The translations under genes were made by a program, and so were the position numbers. 32,000 nt of DNA from Methylorubrum extorquens (lineage in GTDB: Bacteria > Pseudomonadota > Alphaproteobacteria > Rhizobiales > Beijerinckiaceae): NCBI GenBank assembly GCA_900234795.1, contig LT962688.1, forward strand, positions 2,400,001 through 2,432,000, read 5' to 3'. Every line of letters starts with the position of its first letter. Position 1 is the stretch's first letter. The notes beneath the pieces are model-generated. The model did not search any database. It was not told the DNA's origin and was given only the letters and a program-made list of their open reading frames with translations. Shown here piece by piece: positions 9,973 through 19,047 of this stretch.

Positions 9973-11643
9973 TCAGGCCGGCTCGGCCATCGCCCTCTCC
10001 GTGATCTCCACGATCCGCCCTTCCGCCAAGTGCAGCACCCGGTCGGCAGCGTCGAAGTAGCGGTCGTCGTGGCTGATGACGATGAGCGTCCGGCCGCCGC
10101 TTCGCAGGTCCGGCAGAAGCTCCTCGTAGAAGCGGCGCCGGAAGGTCGGATCCTGTTCCGCGGCCCACTCGTCCAGCACGAGAACCGGGCGTCCTTCGAG
10201 AACGGCCTGGACCAGGGCGAGGCGCTTGCGCTGGCCGGTCGAGAGGTCGGTGGTGGAGAAGCGGCCCTCGCTGATGCCGACCTTGTGGGCCAGATCGAGC
10301 CGTTCCAGCAGGGGCCGGGCGGTCTCGGAGGCGGCGCCGTCGGCGGGGATCAGCTCGTCGAACAGGTGGTAGTCGAAGAAGATCGCCGAGAAGTGCTGGC
10401 GGTACGCGTCGCGGGTCTGCGCCGTCACCGGAATGCCGTCGAGCAGGATCTCGCCAGCCTGGGGCGGATAGAGACCGAGCAGGAGCTTGATCAGCGTCGT
10501 CTTGCCCGAGCCGTTCTCGCCGACGATGAACAAGATCTCGCCGGCCCGGATCGTCAGGTCGAGCGGTCCGAGGGCGAAGGGGGCCTTGTCGCCGGCCGCC
10601 GGGAAGCCGTGGCTGACGCCGCGCAGGGTAATCTCGCGGATGCGGCGGCCCGCCTCCGACGGCACAGCGGCGAGAAGGCCGGCTTCCGCCTCCGCTCCCT
10701 CTTCAGAGAACTCGGCGATGCGCCGGTAGGCCACCTGGGCCTGCCCGATCATCGGCACGAAGTGGATGAGCTGGCCGATCGGCGCCTGGATGTAGAGCAG
10801 CACGAGCACGAAGCCGGAAAGTTCGGCGCCGCTGATGCCGGCCAGGACCTTGTAGGCGATGAGACCGGCGAACAGCAGAAAGTTGGTCGATTGGCTCAGC
10901 ATCGACAGCGATTGCTGGATGACGGCGATCCGCGTCATCAGATGGCGCCCCTGCTCGATGCAGGCACTGAGGGCGACGTCACGGAGGTGGAGCCGACGTT
11001 CGCGACCGATGCGAAGCTCCTTCGCTGCCTCGGTCAGGGTGAGGTAGTGCTTCTGGGTCGCCTCGCGGTTCTTGCGTACTTCCTCGAAGGACTGGAGCAT
11101 GTTCCGGCGCAGGGCGTTCGCGCCGAGGCTCTCGAGGATCAGGACCACCGCCGTCACCACCGAGAGGGCGGGTGACAGGAAGATCATGTAGGCCGCGCAG
11201 CCGACCAGCGTCCCGCCCGCGACCACCATCGGCGAGAGGAACGCGATGGCCGTGAAGATGGTGGTCACGTCGCCCTGGAGCGAGGCGAGCAGCTTGTGCT
11301 TGCCGAGGCGCTCGATCCGTTCGATCGGCGCGGTCAGGATCTTGTCGGTGAGGTCGCGGCTGAGCGCCGCCTGGATGCGTCCGCCCGCGTAGCTGTTGCC
11401 GAAACTGGCCGCAAACGTGCCGAGAACGCTCAAGGCGGCGAACCCGGCAAACGCCAGCAACACGCCGTCGGCGAGCGCGCCCTCGCCGTAGAAGGCCTCG
11501 TTGATCTTGGCCAGAGCCGCGGCGGTGGCAAGGCCGCCGACCGCCCCGAGCGCTGTAGCGACGCTCACTTGCGGCCAGACCGGCCGGAGCAGCCGGACCG
11601 CGTCGTGCCGGAAATGACGAAGGATTGTGCCGTCCTGCCCCAT
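9973..11643 (-). CDS. ABC exporter, fused permease/ATPase of the cyclic-peptide/siderophore-peptide exporter type (YojI/PvdE/SyrD-like)
   Basis: 556 aa. Walker A is GENGSGKTT, the signature is LSTGQRKRLALVQA and Walker B is VLVLDEWAAEQD (the DEWAA variant is typical of this subfamily). ATG 11643 lies 9 nt after GGAGGA. Confidence 0.8.
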   Translation of the reverse strand: MGQDGTILRHFRHDAVRLLRPVWPQVSVATALGAVGGLATAAALAKINEAFYGEGALADGVLLAFAGFAALSVLGTFAASFGNSYAGGRIQAALSRDLTDKILTAPIERIERLGKHKLLASLQGDVTTIFTAIAFLSPMVVAGGTLVGCAAYMIFLSPALSVVTAVVLILESLGANALRRNMLQSFEEVRKNREATQKHYLTLTEAAKELRIGRERRLHLRDVALSACIEQGRHLMTRIAVIQQSLSMLSQSTNFLLFAGLIAYKVLAGISGAELSGFVLVLLYIQAPIGQLIHFVPMIGQAQVAYRRIAEFSEEGAEAEAGLLAAVPSEAGRRIREITLRGVSHGFPAAGDKAPFALGPLDLTIRAGEILFIVGENGSGKTTLIKLLLGLYPPQAGEILLDGIPVTAQTRDAYRQHFSAIFFDYHLFDELIPADGAASETARPLLERLDLAHKVGISEGRFSTTDLSTGQRKRLALVQAVLEGRPVLVLDEWAAEQDPTFRRRFYEELLPDLRSGGRTLIVISHDDRYFDAADRVLHLAEGRIVEITERAMAEPA

Positions 11644-11853
11644 CCTGCCGATTCCTCCAAGCAAGGTCGCCGCCCGCTACGGCGACCGAGGCATCTGCAC
11701 TAACGACAGGTCTGGTGAGGGTGAAATGCCGATCCGGCGCGGCTCACCCCTCGCGCGGATGAATTTTACAAATCCTCACTTCGGAGATACTTGAAGAGCA
11801 GGCCCGATTCGCCGATGCGTTCAGTCTCAGGCGCCGGATCGATCTGCGGCGGT

Positions 11854-12822
11854 CTACGGCTTCGTCCCCACGCTCACCACCGGGGTCGCTTCGCGATCGC
11901 CCACGATCATGATGAGCATGTTCTGGGCCATGCTGGCGCGGCCCTGATCGTCGAAGAGGATGCCGGCATGGCCGTCCTCCGGCTGTTCCAGGCGGCGGAT
12001 CGTGTCGCGCACGATGGCGACCGCGCCCTCCACGATCTGGCGGCGGGCCGCGATGATGGCGCCGGCCTGCTGGCGCTTGAGCATCGCGCCTGCGATCTCC
12101 GGTGCGTAGGCGAGATGGGTGATCCGCACGTCCTCCACCACTACGCCTGCTACCGCGACGCGCTGGCCCAGTTCGGTGATCAGGTCGGCATGGATCGCGT
12201 CGCGGTCGGCCCGGAGCGAGGCGACGCGGGTGGCCTTCTCCGCGAGCCGGCGCTTGGCGTCGCCCGCCTCGTCACCGACGTTTTCCGCCTCCTCGTGGTC
12301 GTAGGGCCGGGTCGAGGCGATGTTGCGCAAGGCCGCCTCCGCCTGGAGGGAGACGAAGTCGTGGTAGCTGCCGACGTCGAAGGTGGCGCGCGCGGCATCC
12401 TGTACCCGCCAGATCGCGGCGGCCGCGATGGTGATCGGGTTGCCCATCAGGTCGTTGACCGTGATGATCTTGGTCTCCTGCGCCTCGGTCGCGAGCGAGA
12501 CCTTGGCAACGGCGGTCAGCGGGTTGCGCCACCAGAACCCGTCGTGGGCGATGGTGCCGTGATAGCGCCCGAACAAGGTCAGCACCGCGGCCTGCCGGGG
12601 CTTGAGGGTGATGAGCCCGGCCAGCAGCACGATCCCGGCGACCAGCGCCACCACCGAGACCAGCAGGAATGCGGGGCCGACGCTGCCACGACCGAGCACC
12701 AGCACGCCGCCGCCGAGGAAGGTCAGGGCCGCTAGTACGAGGCAGGGAATAGCAAGGCCGAGTGCCAGCCAGCCGTTCAGGGCGCGATAGGGCACATCCT
12801 GCGTGACGCTCGCTCCAGCCAT
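11854..12822 (-). CDS. SPFH/band-7 (stomatin/prohibitin-like) membrane protein
   Basis: Two N-terminal TM segments are followed by [18 protein letters not shown]... [21 protein letters not shown]... and a coiled-coil-like region [22 protein letters not shown]. Confidence 0.8.
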   Translation of the reverse strand: MAGASVTQDVPYRALNGWLALGLAIPCLVLAALTFLGGGVLVLGRGSVGPAFLLVSVVALVAGIVLLAGLITLKPRQAAVLTLFGRYHGTIAHDGFWWRNPLTAVAKVSLATEAQETKIITVNDLMGNPITIAAAAIWRVQDAARATFDVGSYHDFVSLQAEAALRNIASTRPYDHEEAENVGDEAGDAKRRLAEKATRVASLRADRDAIHADLITELGQRVAVAGVVVEDVRITHLAYAPEIAGAMLKRQQAGAIIAARRQIVEGAVAIVRDTIRRLEQPEDGHAGILFDDQGRASMAQNMLIMIVGDREATPVVSVGTKP

Positions 12823-12987
12823 GCTCGCTTCCCTCGTATCGCCTTGCGGCCAGAACCTTACGAAGGCGGTGCGTGCAATCCTAGGGCGGTGGCCTCCTCA
12901 CGGCCGGCGTTCATGAGCGATGATGCCGGGCCGCGGCGGCGCACCATATCGGCGGCACCAAAGGGTTGATGCGGACGGAGGACCCCG

Positions 12988-14323
12988 TTGAGCGAACCTC
13001 GAAAACAACTCCATCTCGGCGCGTTCATGCGCCCGATCGGCATCCACACCGCGTGGTGGCGCTATCCCGGCGGCTTTCCCGACGCGAACTTCAACCTCGA
13101 CCACCTCGTGCGCTTCGCCCGCACCCTGGAGGCCGCCAAGTTCGACGCCTTCTTCATGGCCGACCATCTGGCGGTGATGAACATGCCGATGGAAGCGCTG
13201 AAGCGCTCGGCCACCGTCACCTCGTTCGACCCGCTGACGCTGCTGCCGGCGCTGGCCATGGTGACGGAGCGGATCGGGCTGATCGCCACTGCCTCCACCA
13301 CCTACAACGAGCCCTACCATGTGGCCCGCAAATTCGCCTCGCTCGATCATATCTCGAAGGGGCGCGCCGGCTGGAACCTCGTCACCTCCGGCAACCCGGA
13401 CGAGGCGCTGAACTTCGGCCGCGACGCGCATCTCGACCACGCCACCCGCTACGCCCGCGCCCGCGAGTTTTTCGAGGTCGTCACCGGGCTGTGGGATTCC
13501 TGGGCCGACGACGCCTTCCTCCGCGATGTCGAGCAGGGGCTGTTCTTCGACCCCGAAAAACTCCGCACCCTGAACCACCAGGGCGAATTCCTGAAAGTGA
13601 AGGGGCCGCTCAACGTCGCGCGGCCGGTGCAGGGCTGGCCGGTGATCGTGCAGGCCGGCGCCTCCGAGGCCGGGCGTCAGATCGCGGCAGAGACCGCCGA
13701 AATGGTGTTCGGCTCGGCCTCGTCGCTGGAGGCCGGCCAAACGTTCTACGCCGACGTGAAGGGGGCGGATGGCGGCGGCCGGCCGGTCCCGCGACGCCCT
13801 CAAGATCCTGCCCGGTGCCTTCGTCGTGGTCGGCGGCACGGAGGAGGAGGCGAAGGCGAAGAAGGCGCGGCTCGACGCGCTGGTGCCGGTCGAGAGCGGG
13901 CTTGCCAACCTCTCGGTCCGCCTCGGCACGGATGCCAGCGGCTTCGACCTCGACGCGCCGCTCCCCGAAATCCCGGAATCGAATGCCAGCAAGAGCGGGC
14001 AGGCGCAGATCGTCGACTATGCCCGCCGCACTGGGGCGACGGTGCGCGACCTCGCCCGCCGCGTCGGCGGCTATGGCGGGCTCAGCTTTATCGGCACGCC
14101 GGAGCAGATCGCCGATCGGATGGGGGAATGGCTGGAGGGGGAAGCCTGCGACGGCTTCAACGTGATGTTCCCCTTCGTGCCGGAAGGGCTCGACGACTTC
14201 TGCGTCGGCGTGGTGCCCGAACTCCAGCGGCGCGGCCTGTTCCGGACGGAGTACGAGGGCACGACCCTGCGCGACCATCTTGGCTTGGAGCGGCCGGGCA
14301 ACCGCTTCTTCGAGACGCGATAG
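12988..14323 (+). pseudogene. LLM-class flavin-dependent monooxygenase (NtaA/SnaA/DszA subfamily) interrupted by a +1 frameshift in a G5 run
   Basis: TTG start lies 5 nt after GGAGGA. Frame 1 encodes the N-terminal 258 aa (LHLGAFMRPIGIHTAWWRYPG... FYADVKG). The C-terminal 184 aa (RMAAAGRSRDALKILPGAFVVVGGTEEEAKAKK... FRTEYEGTTLRDHLGLERP) continue in frame 2 from 13769. Removing one G from 13761-13765 joins them as ...YADVKGRMAAAGR... Confidence 0.8.
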
Positions 14324-14324
14324 G

Positions 14325-14366
14325 CTCCCCGCCGAACCCATCGACGGTCCCGCGGGGGAGTCTTTC
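14325..14366. terminator. hairpin between convergent genes (possible terminator)
   Basis: ctccccgc ... gc(g)ggggag forms an 8-bp stem with one bulge and an 18-nt loop, followed by tctttc. It lies directly after the monooxygenase stop. Confidence 0.4.
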
Positions 14367-14374
14367 AGCGCAGG

Positions 14375-14698
14375 TCAGCGCCGGTTCGTCATCCCGTAGA
14401 TCGCGAAGCCTACGAGCGCCGCGAGGCCGAGGGTGAGCAGGCGGTTGCTGCCGAGCGTGTCGGCGGCGGCCCAGCCGGTGCTCTTGGCGCTCTCGATCAC
14501 GGCACGGCCCCGCAGGATGCGCGCGGCCCGCTGCCGGTTCGCCTCCCGCGTCGGCAGATGGACGATGTAGGTGTTGCCCTCACGGTCGATATCGATGCTG
14601 TTGCGGGCGAACCCCGCCCGCACGAGGCGGTCCTTGGCGGCGTGGGCCGCTTCACGGCTCGTGAAGTCGGCTTCGACGCTGACGGTCTCCTGGGACAT
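14375..14698 (-). CDS. hypothetical 107-aa protein: soluble N-domain plus C-terminal TM anchor
   Basis: ATG is preceded by GAGGAGGA. The product is MSQETVSVEADFTSREAAHAAKDRLVRAGFARNSIDIDREGNTYIVHL...LLTLGLAALVGFAIYGM. The N-domain loosely resembles general-stress (YflT/GsiB-neighbour type) domains; that is an inference only. Confidence 0.6.
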   Translation of the reverse strand: MSQETVSVEADFTSREAAHAAKDRLVRAGFARNSIDIDREGNTYIVHLPTREANRQRAARILRGRAVIESAKSTGWAAADTLGSNRLLTLGLAALVGFAIYGMTNRR

Positions 14699-14844
14699 GT
14701 CTCCTCCTCGTCAAATGTGGGGATGTGCCGCGCGCGAACCGTTCGCCGCCGACCGTCGCAGGACGGCCGGTGGCATGCGTTTCGTGCGGCACTCCAAGCG
14801 GGAGGAGCAATCCGGGCCTGGCCTTCACGGTTCCGCGAGAAGGT

Positions 14845-15084
14845 TCACGCCGCCTCGGCCTCGCAGGCATCGATGCGCACGGCGCCGTCGGCCGTCAGCG
14901 AACAGATCACCTCCGTTCCGTCGTCGAGCGCGAAAGCATGGAACAGGCGGCGCTCGAGTTCTTCGAGCCCTTCGCCGGGTAGTTCTGCGATTTCGCCGCG
15001 CGTCCGTTCTTCGAGAGCGGGAAGAACACCGCTTCTCTCAGCGATTTCCTGCGCGGATTGCGTCAAAACGATATCGAAAGACAT
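14845..15084 (-). CDS. hypothetical 79-aa acidic protein
   Basis: ATG is preceded by GGGAGG. The product is MSFDIVLTQSAQEIAERSGVLPALEERTRGEIAELPGEGLEELERRLF... Third-position GC is lower than in neighbouring genes, so the call is weaker. Confidence 0.4.
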   Translation of the reverse strand: MSFDIVLTQSAQEIAERSGVLPALEERTRGEIAELPGEGLEELERRLFHAFALDDGTEVICSLTADGAVRIDACEAEAA

Positions 15085-15411
15085 TGCCGCCTCCCTGTTA
15101 CGACGCCGGTTACGACTTGTTCGATCCCCGCGAAGACAGGCCCCTCTTGCGACTTTTTTGGGGCAGCCTTCTTACGGCGCGGGAAACGCGAGCACGATCA
15201 ACGGCTTGGCAGAGGCCTGCAGCCGCGCAGCCGATCGCGGCCTATTGGCCGGAACGCCTTGGGACGGGCCGCCGTCCGGGTCGGAGCACGGACATCCCGC
15301 CCGGCCGAACCCGACCGGGCTGCTGTGACGCATCGGCTCGGCGCAGCTTTTCGAGGTCTTCTCCGGTTTCGACCAGCGGGCCGCGCGTTCGACGCTGGCC
15401 CGCCGGTCGCT

Positions 15412-15433
15412 AAGGTCCGCCCAAAGGTCCGCC
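15412..15433 (+). repeat. 10-bp direct repeat aaggtccgcc x2 (12-nt period) in an intergenic region
   Basis: aaggtccgcc c a aaggtccgcc lies 57-78 nt upstream of the ATG at 15490. It may be a regulator binding site. Confidence 0.35.
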
Positions 15434-15489
15434 GGAGCGTCGCGCGTTCCGACCACGCGAAGAACATCCCCGGCAGGGAGGCCGGCCCC

Positions 15490-15702
15490 ATGAATTCCAT
15501 CCTCGTCGTCGCCTTGATCTGTGCGTCCAGCGTTCAGATGCCCGATTGCTCGCGGGAAACCGCTCTGGACGTGATCATCGGTCCGGCCCACACCCTTCAG
15601 GAATGCCTGATTCAGGGTCCGGTCCTGGCCGCAAGCGCGGGCCATGGCTCGGGCGCCGACACCTACGTGAAGACGCGCTGCGAACAGCGGAAGCCGCGAT
15701 AG
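15490..15702 (+). CDS. hypothetical 70-aa exported Cys-containing protein
   Basis: ATG lies 8 nt after GGGAGG. The N-terminus MNSILVVALICASSVQ is signal-like, and three Cys residues lie in the predicted mature part. Confidence 0.5.
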   Translation: MNSILVVALICASSVQMPDCSRETALDVIIGPAHTLQECLIQGPVLAASAGHGSGADTYVKTRCEQRKPR

Positions 15703-15773
15703 GTTTCTGTGTCGCGCCGGCTTCTTCCGAAGGACGGCAACGACCCTGTGGGGCAAGGCTTTGGGAGGCACCG

Positions 15774-16079
15774 ATGACAGAGGATGAAACGGTCGATCCG
15801 GAGCGCGCCGTCGCGGTGGGCCTACGGGCCCGCCTTGCGGTGGTCGAGCGCACGGCATGGTTCGGTTTCATGCACGCCATGCGCGAGCGGCCCGAGGAAA
15901 CCCAAGCCTTCATCGAGGCCGAGCGCGTGCGATGCCGCGAGGGTTTTGGCAGCGGCGCCTGGGCCAAGGACCTGACGGCGGCGGAGCGGGCGCTCCTCGG
16001 CGAGGAGGTCGATGCTGGCCTCGCGCAGCTCGTGGAGGATGCCCGCGCCGAGCTCGGCGACGGCACCGACGGCACCTGA
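15774..16079 (+). CDS. hypothetical 101-aa protein
   Basis: ATG lies 5 nt after GGGAGG. The product is MTEDETVDPERAVAVGLRARLAVVERTAWFGFMHAMRERPEETQAFIEAERVRC... Confidence 0.5.
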   Translation: MTEDETVDPERAVAVGLRARLAVVERTAWFGFMHAMRERPEETQAFIEAERVRCREGFGSGAWAKDLTAAERALLGEEVDAGLAQLVEDARAELGDGTDGT

Positions 16080-16205
16080 ACGGCGCCCTCCCCCGCGCCA
16101 TCCTTTCGCCTTGCGGACATGGCGGGAAGAGTACAGTGTCCCCCGCCAAACCGGGACCGGCCGGAGGAAGCTCCGTCCGTCGGGCCCGCGAAGGAGCCGT
16201 GACTG

Positions 16206-18107
16206 GTGCCCATGTTCGGATACGCCGCCCGCCGGAGCGCCACCGCGCTCACCCTGCTGCTTGCTTCGACCGGTCTCGGCACCCTGCCGGCGGCGGCCAT
16301 GCAGCCGCGGGAATCCTCACCGCTCTCCGAGTACGAGCCGGCGGAATCGCTCGAGGGCAACTTCCTCTCCGCCTATATCGCCGGCGCCTCGAAGGACACG
16401 GCCGCCGCCGCGAGCTACTACCGCGAGGCGGTGAAGGGCGACCCGCGCAACGCCGAGCTTCTGGAGCGCGCCTTCGTGTCGCTCCTCGCCGACGGCGCGA
16501 TGACCGACGCCTTCCGCGCCGCCGAGCGGCTCGCCACCCGCGAAAGCTCGAACGGCCTCGCCCAGCTCGCCCTCGGCGTGCGCCAGCTCAAGGCCGGCCA
16601 GTACGGCCCTGCCCGCCAGAGCTTCGGCCGCAGCGGCCGGGGTGCGGCCGCCGACCTCACCGGGACGCTGCTGACCGCCTGGGCCTATGCCGGCGCGGGC
16701 GACGGCAAGCGCGCCTACGAGACGCTGAACCGCCTGCGCGGCGAGCGCTACTTCAACGTCTTCCGCGACTACCATGCCGGGTTGATCGCCTCGGTCATCG
16801 GTGACCGGGCGGAGGCCGAGCGCAAGCTGAAGGCGGCCTACGACGCCGACCACAACACCCTGCGCATCGTCGACGGCTATGCCCGTTTCGAGGCCGGCAT
16901 CGGCCGCACCGATCTCGCCATCGACGCCTACAGCGAGTTCGAGAAGGTGATGCCGCGCCACCCTCTCGTGGTGGACGCCCTCGACAAGCTCAAGGCCGGC
17001 AAGCCGCTCAGTCCCCTGATCGCCTCCGCTCAGGAGGGCGCGGCAGAGGTGCTGTACGGGCTCGGCTCGGCCGGCTCGACGCAGGGCGACGAGCTTCCGG
17101 CGGTCGTCTACCTGCGGCTCGCGCTCTACCTCGCCCCCGACCACGCCGTGGGACGGCTGACGCTCGCCGACGCCCTCGACCGCATGAAGCAGGTCGAGCG
17201 CTCGAACGAGGCCTATGCGCAGATCCCGGCCTCCTCGCCGCTCAAGCTCAACGCCGACATCCAGATCGGTCTCAACCTCGAGCAGTTGGGCCGGGGTGAC
17301 GAGGCGCTCCAGCACCTCGACACGGTCCTCAAGGCGAACCCCGACAACGTCGACGTCATCTCGGCGCTGGGCAACGTGCAGCGCGCGCGCAAAAAGTTCA
17401 CTGAGGCGACCGAGACCTATACCCGCGCGATCAACCTGATCGAGCCCGGCCGCGAGGCCAACAATTGGACGCTGTTCTACTTCCGCGGCACTGCCTACGA
17501 GCGGGCCGGCGAGTGGCAGAAGGCCGAGGCCGACCTCAAGAAGGCGCTGAACCTCGTTCCGCCGACCCAGCCGAACGCCAAGGCGCAGGTTCTCAATTAC
17601 CTCGCCTATTCCTGGGTCGATCGGAACATGAATATCGACGACAGCTTCACCATGCTGAAGCAGGCCGTCGATCTCTCTCCCCGCGACGGCATGATCATCG
17701 ACAGCCTCGGCTGGGCCTATTTCCGCCTCGGCCGCTGGGACGACGCGGTGCGGGAGTTGGAGAAGGCGGTCGAGCTGAAGCCGGGCGACCCGACCATCAA
17801 CGACCACCTCGGCGACGCCTATTGGCGCACCGGCCGGCGGCTCGAGGGCAAGTTCCAGTGGCAGCACGCCAAGGATCTGAACCCCGAGCCAGAGGAACTC
17901 GCCAAGATCAACGCCAAGCTGAAGGACGGCCTGCCCGAGCCGGACAAGCCGACCGCCACCGCCGAGAACCCGCCCGCGCAGGACCCGGCGCAGACCGTGC
18001 CCGCCCCGGTGGCGGCGCCGCACAACGCGGAGAACCCGGAATTGCCGAAGGGCGCCCCCGCCCCGAGCGAGCCGCCGGGCGCCGCGGACAAGAAGCCGGG
18101 AAAGTGA
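16206..18107 (+). CDS. tetratricopeptide-repeat (TPR) protein with N-terminal signal peptide
   Basis: GTG lies 9 nt after AAGGAG. The signal is ...ATALTLLLASTGLGTLPAAA. Multiple TPR-like units are present (AYxxxGxxxxAxxxxxKAL, e.g. GTAYERAGEWQKAEADLKKALNL and GWAYFRLGRWDDAVRELEKAVELKP). The C-terminal tail is Pro-rich. Confidence 0.85.
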   Translation: MPMFGYAARRSATALTLLLASTGLGTLPAAAMQPRESSPLSEYEPAESLEGNFLSAYIAGASKDTAAAASYYREAVKGDPRNAELLERAFVSLLADGAMTDAFRAAERLATRESSNGLAQLALGVRQLKAGQYGPARQSFGRSGRGAAADLTGTLLTAWAYAGAGDGKRAYETLNRLRGERYFNVFRDYHAGLIASVIGDRAEAERKLKAAYDADHNTLRIVDGYARFEAGIGRTDLAIDAYSEFEKVMPRHPLVVDALDKLKAGKPLSPLIASAQEGAAEVLYGLGSAGSTQGDELPAVVYLRLALYLAPDHAVGRLTLADALDRMKQVERSNEAYAQIPASSPLKLNADIQIGLNLEQLGRGDEALQHLDTVLKANPDNVDVISALGNVQRARKKFTEATETYTRAINLIEPGREANNWTLFYFRGTAYERAGEWQKAEADLKKALNLVPPTQPNAKAQVLNYLAYSWVDRNMNIDDSFTMLKQAVDLSPRDGMIIDSLGWAYFRLGRWDDAVRELEKAVELKPGDPTINDHLGDAYWRTGRRLEGKFQWQHAKDLNPEPEELAKINAKLKDGLPEPDKPTATAENPPAQDPAQTVPAPVAAPHNAENPELPKGAPAPSEPPGAADKKPGK

Positions 18108-18589
18108 GGGGCGGCTCGTCCCTCCTCCCCTGCGCGATGTCGCGCTCGAATCCGCCGAGTGGCGCGGCCGCTGACGGTCATTGCGGGGCTCGGCGCCGCT
18201 CATCCTGAGCGCCGCTTCGTTCGGCGCGTTCGTGTCCGTGATGGCGCAAGAGCGGATCGACTGACGCTCTTCGCCCCGATGATGTCTCTGCGTCGTCCGG
18301 GACGTCGGGCGGGCCTTTCGTGATGCATCGTCTGTTCGCGAGGCTCGGCCGTCACCGCTCGGGTGGGTGCCCCGAGATGTGCCTCTGCCCAAACCGGTGG
18401 CCGGGTTCTGCTGCAAATGTCGGCATCGCCGACCGGATCCCGGGTGCCTCTGCGCCCGCCTCCGCCGCCCGAAATCCATGTCCGAAGCGGTAACTTATCA
18501 TTTGTTGCATCGCCGCAACATGTCGCCCGAGGCGGATGTGTTGGTTTGATCCTGCCGTATTTCAACGGCTCGGGTATTCTCAGCGGGCG

Positions 18590-18870
18590 CTCGAAAATTC
18601 ATTCGCGTCCGAGAAGGTTTGTTAGCTAAACTGGCTGTGATTTTTACTATAGATTTGATAATTTACTTTATGAATCTGCATAATATTGTATATATCCGAT
18701 CTTGTGGCCCAGAATTGCGACGAGCTTGATTTACTTGCAAATATCGAATTATCAAGACGGAACTTAATATTTTATATACTTAAGACGATAATAAATTTAT
18801 GCCGTAATTATTTGATTTTCGCTTTCCTGTTCCGATCTAAGTTCCAGCCGGCGATACGTTTTGGCTCCTC
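18590..18870. other. AT-rich islet (about 30% G+C by hand count) in a roughly 70% GC genome; probable regulatory or foreign DNA upstream of the porin gene
   Basis: Hand counts for 18661-18840 give 28-33% G+C. Repeated motifs tgat(aa)tttactt occur at about 18655 and about 18728. No convincing CDS is present. Confidence 0.6.
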
Positions 18871-19047
18871 ATCATCGTTAGACCGAATTGAGGCCGTGGT
18901 CGGCGGCCTACACCTGACACATGTCGCCGCGCGAACTGTGCGGCCGGTCGAGTCTTGCGAAACGGCGCCGATCTGAGCGGCACAGGACTTGTAGTAGCTT
19001 CGACATCCGCAAACCAACCGGCGCGTGTAGCCGGAAGAGTAGTGTCG

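Noticed and set aside
11726-11794. 22-codon plus-strand mini-ORF (MPIRRGSPLARMNFTNPHFGDT) with a GAGGG-like RBS in the SPFH-exporter spacer; considered as a possible exported peptide precursor.
   Set aside because: It lies on the opposite strand to both flanking genes and overlaps a predicted hairpin. It has no leader or core features of known RiPPs or microcins, and there is no supporting evidence.
13766-14436. Frame-1 continuation of the monooxygenase ORF, giving the 482-aa product in the ORF track.
   Set aside because: After the G5 run the translation becomes Arg/Gly/Pro nonsense (ADGGGRPVPRRPQDPARCLRRGRRHGGGG...). Frame 2 carries the conserved C-terminal half, so this tail is a frameshift read-through artefact.
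18222-18240. GTTC-N5-GTTC, resembling an alphaproteobacterial LexA box (GTTC-N7-GTTC).
   Set aside because: The spacer length is wrong and there is no SOS-type gene downstream.
16317-18479. 720-aa minus-strand ORF antisense to the TPR gene. Similar long antisense or out-of-frame ORFs include 2510-4141(-), 2578-4080(+), 4173-5597(-), 7642-8811(-), 10030-11175(+), 11791-12735(+), 12898-13992(-), 22673-23688(-), 27334-28836(-), 28815-29963(-) and 29985-31010(-).
   Set aside because: The translations are Arg/Ala/Gly/Pro-rich low-complexity sequences with no recognisable motifs. They overlap genes with clear family signatures on the other strand or frame. Stop-poor alternative frames are expected at about 70% GC.
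18686-18976. 96-aa TTG-initiated ORF crossing the AT-rich islet.
   Set aside because: It has no RBS and uses a TTG start. The sequence is low-complexity Ile/Leu/Asn-rich, as expected from AT-rich DNA, and it runs on into GC-rich sequence with a change of composition. The region is more likely regulatory or non-coding. The absence of stops over about 60 AT-rich codons is mildly unusual.
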